Assembly (NCBI GenBank): GCA_037130265.1
Contig: JBAXTI010000001.1
Coordinates: 32,418 to 96,417 of the forward strand
Reading direction: 5' to 3'
Source of the DNA: a bacterium
GTDB lineage: Bacteria > Patescibacteriota > Minisyncoccia > Phycocordibacterales > JBBTRF01
Length of the DNA: 64,000 bases
Both the position numbers and the translations under genes were made by a program. The notes beneath the pieces are model-generated. The model did not search any database. It was not told the DNA's origin and saw only the letters and a list, made by a program, of their open reading frames with translations. Positions within the stretch are counted from its first letter, which is position 1. Each line of letters begins with the position of its first letter. Of this stretch, positions 57,598-64,000 are shown piece after piece.

Positions 57598-59454
57598 ATG
57601 TGGAAGGCATTTCTTTTTGTCGCACTCGTTGCTTTTTCTGTGCTCACTCCGCACTCTCTTTTGGCTTCGGCAACTGACGGTACGATTGATGGAACAAATA
57701 AGTATGCTAAGGCTGTCGATGCCAATTTTGGTACGTTTAATTTCGGCACAACCCAAGGTGCGGTGCATGTTACGGACACCCAGCTTTCTGGCTATGCATG
57801 GAGCGACTACTACGGTTGGGTAAACTTGCGCCCGACCGGCTACGGGGTGATAAACGATGGTTCCGGTAATCTATCTGGCTACGCTTGGGGTCAAAACACT
57901 GGCTGGATCAATTTTCATCCAAGCTCGAGTAGTGTGCGCGTAGTGATCGACTCATCTGGGGATTTTTCTGGCTATGCTTGGGGGCAGAATATTGGTTGGA
58001 TCGTCTTCAATTGCACTACCAATAGTTCGTGCGGCGGTGGGTCATTCAAAGTGTCCACCGATTGGCGCCCAGCCAGCGTACGTAACGTATCTTCCGGCGG
58101 CGGTGGGGGAGGTGGTAGTGGCAGCGGCGCGCCTTCTGGGGGGACTCCACCAAGTACGCCGGCACCGACCCCTGCACCAACCCCTACGCCGACAGAGCCA
58201 CCAGCTCCGCCGCCAGAGTCTGTGCCTGAACCAACGCCTCCTCCCCCAGTCACTCCACCAGAAGTAACCCCTCCGGCACCACCGGTACAGACGCCTCAGA
58301 CAGCGCCGCCGACGCCGAGTGTTCTTAATTCAATTGCTAATTTCTTCTCTGGCTCCGGTTCTACTGGCGGAGGTTCGTCTGCAGTTGTTGATGTGGTGAG
58401 CGGTGCGGTTCAGCAGGTGAAGCAAAGTTACGAATTTGCTCAAGAGATTGCGAAAGTGGCTGCCAAAGAGACCAAGGCAGCCGTCCAAAGTCCTACTGGT
58501 TCCGTAATTACTAAAACAGTTTCAACTGTAGGTGTCATCGGTGGAGGCATTGCCTCGGCTTCTTCGCTGTTTCTTAATCCACTTTCGTTTTCAGAACTCT
58601 TTCTCATCCCGTTTCGATTGTGGGGCTTGCTCCTTGCAGCTTTCGGCTTGAAGAAGCGCTCGCGACCGTGGGGAACGGTGTATGATAGCGTCACTAAACA
58701 GCCACTCGACCCTGCCTATGTCGTGCTTCAGAATGAGAAAGGGGAGGAGGTAAACACTTCGATTACTGACCTTGATGGTCGTTATGGCTTCTTGTTGGCG
58801 CCAGGCACCTATACGATGGTGGCGAATAAGACCAACTACACCTTCCCGTCGAAGAAGCTCGCCGGACAGACTTCCGACGTCCTTTATTCTGATTTGTATT
58901 TTGGCGAGCCGATCGCAGCTTTGGAGGCCGGTGTTGTGCTCACGAAGAATATTCCGCTTGATCCGGTGAATTTCGACTGGAATGAATTCGCAAAATCGCA
59001 GCAGCAGATCTCGCGTTTCTACTCGAAACGTGATTTGATCAAGAAGCGAATTACTGACGGTGCTTTCTCAGCTGGTTTCGTGGTGGCAATCATCGCTTTC
59101 TGGGCTGCGCCGGCGCCGTACAACATTGCGATCTTCGCTTTGTATATTGCAATGCTCCTTTTGCGCATTTTTGGGGCCAAAAAGAAGGCTTTTTCAAGTA
59201 TTGTTGATGGAACAACACAGATGCCGCTCGCTTTCGCGATTGTCCGTGTCTACCTCGCTGGATTGGCTGGAGAACCACAGGAGTTGTTGCATAAGGTGAC
59301 GGATCATTTGGGTCGATTCTATGCCTTGGTGCCACCTGGCGACTACTACCTCACTGTTGAAAAGAAGAATCCTGATGAAACGTACACTTTAGTCCATAAA
59401 TCGGAGGTGTTTTCAGCGAAAAATGGAGTCATCGAAAATCATATCGTTTTGTAG
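57598..59454 (+). CDS. Surface protein: SGYAW repeats, Pro-rich stalk, TM segments, carboxypeptidase-regulatory-like domains
   Basis: 3x SGYAW..GW; PTP repeats; PWGTVYDS..QPLDPA; TDLDGRYGF; TDHLGRFY. Confidence 0.82.
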   Translation: MWKAFLFVALVAFSVLTPHSLLASATDGTIDGTNKYAKAVDANFGTFNFGTTQGAVHVTDTQLSGYAWSDYYGWVNLRPTGYGVINDGSGNLSGYAWGQNTGWINFHPSSSSVRVVIDSSGDFSGYAWGQNIGWIVFNCTTNSSCGGGSFKVSTDWRPASVRNVSSGGGGGGGSGSGAPSGGTPPSTPAPTPAPTPTPTEPPAPPPESVPEPTPPPPVTPPEVTPPAPPVQTPQTAPPTPSVLNSIANFFSGSGSTGGGSSAVVDVVSGAVQQVKQSYEFAQEIAKVAAKETKAAVQSPTGSVITKTVSTVGVIGGGIASASSLFLNPLSFSELFLIPFRLWGLLLAAFGLKKRSRPWGTVYDSVTKQPLDPAYVVLQNEKGEEVNTSITDLDGRYGFLLAPGTYTMVANKTNYTFPSKKLAGQTSDVLYSDLYFGEPIAALEAGVVLTKNIPLDPVNFDWNEFAKSQQQISRFYSKRDLIKKRITDGAFSAGFVVAIIAFWAAPAPYNIAIFALYIAMLLLRIFGAKKKAFSSIVDGTTQMPLAFAIVRVYLAGLAGEPQELLHKVTDHLGRFYALVPPGDYYLTVEKKNPDETYTLVHKSEVFSAKNGVIENHIVL

Positions 59455-59527
59455 GTTGGAAAGGGAAAAGTTATGCACATTTTAAGCCACATTTTGGCTA
59501 TTTGACATGATATAATTACTCTCGTTC

Positions 59528-62500
59528 ATGAGCCGCTTTCTTTTTACAAGCGTTTATAGTCTTTTGGCGCAGAGAAAATACATCTTTTCCGCCTTTTTTC
59601 TTCTCTCCTTTGCGTTGTTTTTTGTCTCTCCAAACACTGTATCCGCAACTTTCGCGCCGGGCGAGACGCTTGATCCAGGCTGCTCGCCGACGGATTCGAA
59701 TTGCACTGTTTTGCAAGTTACGGCTTCGCCTGCGACAGGTAATTTTGGCATCTCGACCACCACGCCTGGTACTATTTTTTCAATAGGCAATATTGCGAAC
59801 TTTGCTGTTTCTACCACGAGTATCTATTCCACCGGCGGGTTGGATATTATCGGTTCGGGTTGTTACGCGATCAACGGTTCCTGTGTACTCGGTGGACCGG
59901 GGTCATCTCAGTGGACTACTTCCGGTTCAAAAATCTACTACAACATTGGCAATGTCGGTATCGGCACCACCACTCCAGGTCAGAAGCTGAGCGTGGCAGG
60001 AGATATCTTGGGTAACAACATCATCGGCTCATATTTCACTGGTACTACTACAGCCACTTCCACTCTCGTCGGTGGATTGGCGACCAATCTTCTCAATGTC
60101 ACTTCGACAACAGCTTCTTCTACTTTCGCTAATGGCATCAATATCACCGCTGGTTGTTTCTCTGTAAACGGTAGCTGTCTCTCTAGTGGCGGCTCCGGCA
60201 CCGTCACCTCCGTCGCTCTCTCGGGCGGCACAACTGGCCTCACTACTAGTGGGGGACCGATCACTGGTTCAGGCACCATCACGCTTTCTGGAACTCTCGC
60301 CCTCGCGAACGGCGGTACGAACGCAACCTCCTTCACCACCTCCGGAAATGCCGTCTACTACAACGGCACATCGCTTGTGACTGCGCCGACCAATAGTGCG
60401 GTCACCACGCCGTACGCTTCGTCGACCGCAATCACTTCTAGTGGGTCAGCGTATTTCGCCGGCAGCACTGGTGGCGTGGGTATCGGCACAACGGCAATCG
60501 ACACCGACACCATCCTTTCACTCAACAGGACAAGCGGCACCGCAGGTATTTCATTCATGAATAACGGCTCAACAAAGAGCTATATCGGTACAGATATCAC
60601 TGCTGGAAATCTCATCACCGGCGATTCTGCCAACGATATGGTGCTTCGAACTGCTGCTTCAACAAACATGCTCTTCGGCATCGCTTCTGTTGAAAAGTTC
60701 CGTATCAACAGCACTGGCAAGGTAGGTGTTTCCTCGAGCACCCCTTGGGGTCTCTTCTCAGTGAATCCGGACTCGCTCGGCAATGGAGTGCCTGAATTTG
60801 TCGTCGGCTCATCGACAGCTACTCATCTCGTGGTGACTGGTGGCGGCAATGTCGGCCTCGGCACCGCTAGCCCAAGCTCGATGCTTACTCTCAATCCAAA
60901 CAGCAATAGTGCAAACGGCATCCTTATCAAGCAGCTTTCAAACACTGGCTCTGCACAATCCGTCGTCCGCATTCAGAATAGCGATGCTTCAGTAGACGCC
61001 TCACTCACAGCGACCGCAGCTAGCTTCACTCCAGTGGGGATCATTGCGGCAAGCTCATTCAGCTTCACTGGCACGGCGCCGGGTGGTTTAAATATTATCA
61101 ATGAGTCGGCGGCAAATGTGACGATCTCCGCCGGCGGCACAGCAGCTTCCAATGTTGTTGCTACCTTCAAGAATGGTGGCAACGTCGGTATCGGCACCAC
61201 CACTCCAGGTCAGAAGCTGAGTGTTGCAGGGGATATTCTTGGTAACAACCATATCGGTTCGTACTTTACCGGAACTACCACAGCCACTTCCACTCTCGTC
61301 GGCGGACTGTCGGCAAACATCCTCTATGTCAGTTCGACCACTGCTTCTTCTACCTTCGCCAATGGAATCAATCTCACCGCAGGTTGCTTCTCGGTGAATG
61401 GTTCGTGTATTTCATCTAGCGGTTCTGGTACAGTCACCTCTGTCGCTCTCTCTGGTGGCACCACTGGTCTCACTACGAGCGGCGGTCCTATTACGAGCTC
61501 GGGTACACTTACGCTCGCCGGCACGCTCGCCCTCGCGAACGGTGGTACCAATGCGACTTCTTTCACCACGTCAGGCAACTCCGTGTATTACAACGGTACG
61601 GCCCTGGTGACGGCGCCAGCTTCGACGGCAGTGGTCACTCCATATGCTTCGAGTACGGTAATGAGTGCTTCGGCTTCTGCTTACTTTGCAACAGCGAGTG
61701 GTAGTGTTGGTATCGGTACCACTACACCACAGTGGTTGCTCAACTTGCAGTCCTCAACCGCTTCGCAGCTCGCGCTTTCGGCTGGAGCAGGTGTTGCACA
61801 GTGGGCATTTAGAAACGCCGGTGGCAACCTCTACTTCTCGACCACCACTACAGCTGGCACTGCCACCACTTCGACCGCAGCTTTCTCAATTTCTGGTTCT
61901 GGTTTCGGCACCACAACACTCCGCGGTTTGACTATTAGTGGCCAGGCAACTTCGACTTCGAATGTTGGCTTCAACCTCACTGCCGGCTGCTTTGCGGTGA
62001 ACGGCACCTGTGTTGGCGGTAGTGGCGGTTCGTCTCAGTGGACGACTTCCGGCTCAAATATTTACTACACCACCGGCAAGGTCGGCATTGGTACTACTTC
62101 ACCATATGCAGCACTCTCTGTACTTGGAGAGGGTGTATTCACCAATCTTTCAGCAACCTCTACCACCGCCACTTCGACCTTCGCGGGTGGATTGAATGTT
62201 GGATCAGGTGCGCTCACGTATGACTTTTCGAGCGGTGTGACCTCAATCTCAAATCTTGAGCTCGGTGCCATGTCCTTCGATACCAACGCCGGAGCAGTTT
62301 CTTGGGCCGACATGCCAGTCACTTCAGCCGCTTCTGCAGGTACTGTTCAGAGCTACGGCGCTGCTCTCGATGGCAACGAGCTTCTCACCGTGTACGGCGA
62401 GTCTGACGGTGCTGGTGGTGTGCAGAACACCGCAGTCGGTATCGCTACGACCACTCCTGGTAGTCTCTTTGCGATCGGCGGAGTTGCCAACTTCACTACG

Positions 62501-64000
62501 GGCACTACCACTTTCTCAAGCACCGGCGGCCTCGAACTCACTGGCGGTTGCTTCTCTATAAATGGCACCTGTGTTGGCGGCGGCGGGGGAGGTGGCGGGA
62601 TTTCAGCGATCGGTGACCCGGTCGGTAGTGGCACTGCCGGCTCGGCCCTCTTTGTCGACGGCAGTGGTAATCTCGGTCAAGACAACGACAACTTCTATTG
62701 GGATGCTACAAATCATCGCCTTGGAATTGCGATGGGTCCTTCGCCAAGCCTGACACATTCATTGGAGGTCGGCGGTGATTACTACAGCTCAGCTGGCAAT
62801 ATTACGCTTTCTACAGGAACCGTTTCGGCTAGTGCCGGTACATTTACTGGGACTGTGGGCGCTGGCACCCTCACGGACAACACTCTCACAATTACTGGAG
62901 GCGCCATTACTGGGGCTAGTAGTATTACCTCAAGTACGTTTACCGACGGCAGTGCTTCGTGGGCTGGCGGGACATTGAGTGGACTCATGTCGATCAGTGG
63001 TACAACCCTCACAGATGGCTTCTTTTCGGTAAGTGGAGGTACGATTAGTGGGGCTACTTGGAATGGAAACGCTATTGCAAGTCAATACGGTGGAACGGGT
63101 GCGGACACGAGCGGCGCAAGCGGCATTGCGCACGTCTCGGCCGGCTCATGGTCTTTCGGTGCCGTTGATTTGAGCTCGAGTGATGTTACCGGTACATTAT
63201 CAGTGTCAAAAGGCGGTACAGGATTGACGACGTTTGGTGGCACTAACACTATTTTGTACACTTCATCGGCTGATTCTCTCTCTTATCTTGCCTCAGCCGC
63301 TGACAGTGTTTTGGTCACCGATGGTGCCGGGACGCCTTCCTTGTCGTCTACTCTTCCAAGCGCAGTACAGGGGAACATCACGGCGCTTGGGGCGGTTTCA
63401 ACTCTCACCTCACTCTCTGACGGTGTTGCGACGTGGAGTGGTTTCACGAACGCTCTCACCGGTTTTTCATCAGTCTCTGCTACAACGCTTACAGATGGTA
63501 CATTCTCCGTGTCTGGCGGTACGATAACTGGAGCGACCGGTATCACATCTAGCGGTACAATCACTTTCTCAGGCCTTGGGGGTGTTTCCGGCGGAGAGAC
63601 GGCTGTGTGTATTGCGGGAGGTGTATTGTATGACGGTGGCGGCACGGATTGTACGTCATCGTCTCGTCGTTTCAAGCACGACATCGAAAGCCTTACTGCC
63701 GCTGACGGTCTCGCTTTGGTAAAGGCGCTTCGCCCGGTAAGCTTCAAGTTCAATAATGACAATTCAGAGCACGTCGGCTTTATTGCTGAAGAAGTTTCAG
63801 AGCTTGAGCCACGTCTCACCGTATACGAACCAGCATCAACGACTCCTCATGGTGTTCGATATGCTGAAATGACCGCTGTTCTTGCCAAGGCGATTCAAGA
63901 GCAGCAGGTGCAGATCGACTCGTTGCAGGCTCGAGTGGGTTCTACTACCGACGCCGGGGTGGGTAGTGTAGCGAGCGTTATTTCGGCGCTGCAGTCCTTC
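59528..64000 (+). CDS. Giant tail-fibre/adhesin-like protein with peptidase S74 intramolecular chaperone domain; runs off the window edge
   Basis: Not in ORF track. ATG 59528 with signal peptide; same frame at every point checked through 64000 (1491 codons); GNVGIGTTTP repeats; SSRRFKHDI...LRPVSF...GFIAEEV...VRYAEMTAVLAKAIQE at about 63650..63935. Confidence 0.88.
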   Translation, partial: MSRFLFTSVYSLLAQRKYIFSAFFLLSFALFFVSPNTVSATFAPGETLDPGCSPTDSNCTVLQVTASPATGNFGISTTTPGTIFSIGNIANFAVSTTSIYSTGGLDIIGSGCYAINGSCVLGGPGSSQWTTSGSKIYYNIGNVGIGTTTPGQKLSVAGDILGNNIIGSYFTGTTTATSTLVGGLATNLLNVTSTTASSTFANGINITAGCFSVNGSCLSSGGSGTVTSVALSGGTTGLTTSGGPITGSGTITLSGTLALANGGTNATSFTTSGNAVYYNGTSLVTAPTNSAVTTPYASSTAITSSGSAYFAGSTGGVGIGTTAIDTDTILSLNRTSGTAGISFMNNGSTKSYIGTDITAGNLITGDSANDMVLRTAASTNMLFGIASVEKFRINSTGKVGVSSSTPWGLFSVNPDSLGNGVPEFVVGSSTATHLVVTGGGNVGLGTASPSSMLTLNPNSNSANGILIKQLSNTGSAQSVVRIQNSDASVDASLTATAASFTPVGIIAASSFSFTGTAPGGLNIINESAANVTISAGGTAASNVVATFKNGGNVGIGTTTPGQKLSVAGDILGNNHIGSYFTGTTTATSTLVGGLSANILYVSSTTASSTFANGINLTAGCFSVNGSCISSSGSGTVTSVALSGGTTGLTTSGGPITSSGTLTLAGTLALANGGTNATSFTTSGNSVYYNGTALVTAPASTAVVTPYASSTVMSASASAYFATASGSVGIGTTTPQWLLNLQSSTASQLALSAGAGVAQWAFRNAGGNLYFSTTTTAGTATTSTAAFSISGSGFGTTTLRGLTISGQATSTSNVGFNLTAGCFAVNGTCVGGSGGSSQWTTSGSNIYYTTGKVGIGTTSPYAALSVLGEGVFTNLSATSTTATSTFAGGLNVGSGALTYDFSSGVTSISNLELGAMSFDTNAGAVSWADMPVTSAASAGTVQSYGAALDGNELLTVYGESDGAGGVQNTAVGIATTTPGSLFAIGGVANFTTGTTTFSSTGGLELTGGCFSINGTCVGGGGGGGGISAIGDPVGSGTAGSALFVDGSGNLGQDNDNFYWDATNHRLGIAMGPSPSLTHSLEVGGDYYSSAGNITLSTGTVSASAGTFTGTVGAGTLTDNTLTITGGAITGASSITSSTFTDGSASWAGGTLSGLMSISGTTLTDGFFSVSGGTISGATWNGNAIASQYGGTGADTSGASGIAHVSAGSWSFGAVDLSSSDVTGTLSVSKGGTGLTTFGGTNTILYTSSADSLSYLASAADSVLVTDGAGTPSLSSTLPSAVQGNITALGAVSTLTSLSDGVATWSGFTNALTGFSSVSATTLTDGTFSVSGGTITGATGITSSGTITFSGLGGVSGGETAVCIAGGVLYDGGGTDCTSSSRRFKHDIESLTAADGLALVKALRPVSFKFNNDNSEHVGFIAEEVSELEPRLTVYEPASTTPHGVRYAEMTAVLAKAIQEQQVQIDSLQARVGSTTDAGVGSVASVISALQSF
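59948..61720 (+). repeat. Intragenic direct repeat of about 543 bp (59948..60490 and 61178..61720)
   Basis: Same 1230-nt offset at both ends; highly similar protein with many synonymous differences. Confidence 0.88.

Noticed and set aside
59948-61720. DGR template/variable repeat pair
   Set aside because: Differences are mainly synonymous and not adenine-specific, both copies are in the same ORF, and there is no reverse transcriptase in the window.
56-63819. Many antisense or alternate-frame ORFs in the track (e.g. 751..1473, 13990..14841, 39796..40614, minus-strand ORFs at 59980..63819)
   Set aside because: They are shadows of well-supported genes and show no motifs of their own.
59528-64000. 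Prophage tail gene
   Set aside because: It has a signal peptide and there are no capsid, terminase or portal genes nearby.

Overview
This looks like ordinary chromosomal DNA from a Patescibacteria/CPR bacterium, probably Parcubacteria. That is inferred from gene content and order: a PrgI/VirB6-like cluster, rpsO-NYN-pnp, split comEC, trigger factor without its PPIase domain, GYAW-repeat and S74 surface proteins, and an HTH-LAGLIDADG-like gene beside a tRNA. The window holds about 55 protein genes and 4 tRNAs (Arg-TCG, Gly-GCC, Pro-TGG, Gly-TCC). I found no rRNA, CRISPR array or transposase. Two real CDS run off the window edges and are missing from the ORF track: 1..486 (-) and an adhesin-like protein of at least 1491 aa with an S74 chaperone domain at 59528..64000 (+). 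The most striking non-coding signals are: (1) a 66-bp element, 63/66 identical, built of in-phase 11-bp units and placed at the same distance from the -10 box upstream of both comM and comEC (13 units at comEC), a candidate competence-regulon operator; (2) a dispersed structured repeat whose conserved 56-nt core is closed by unrelated long stems, found after pilC and after rpsG; (3) six parS-like sites plus DnaA-box-like motifs at 24.7-27.7 kb, suggesting an origin-proximal region with no dnaA here; (4) widespread leaderless-type promoters. All product calls come from motif recognition by eye; no database search was run.
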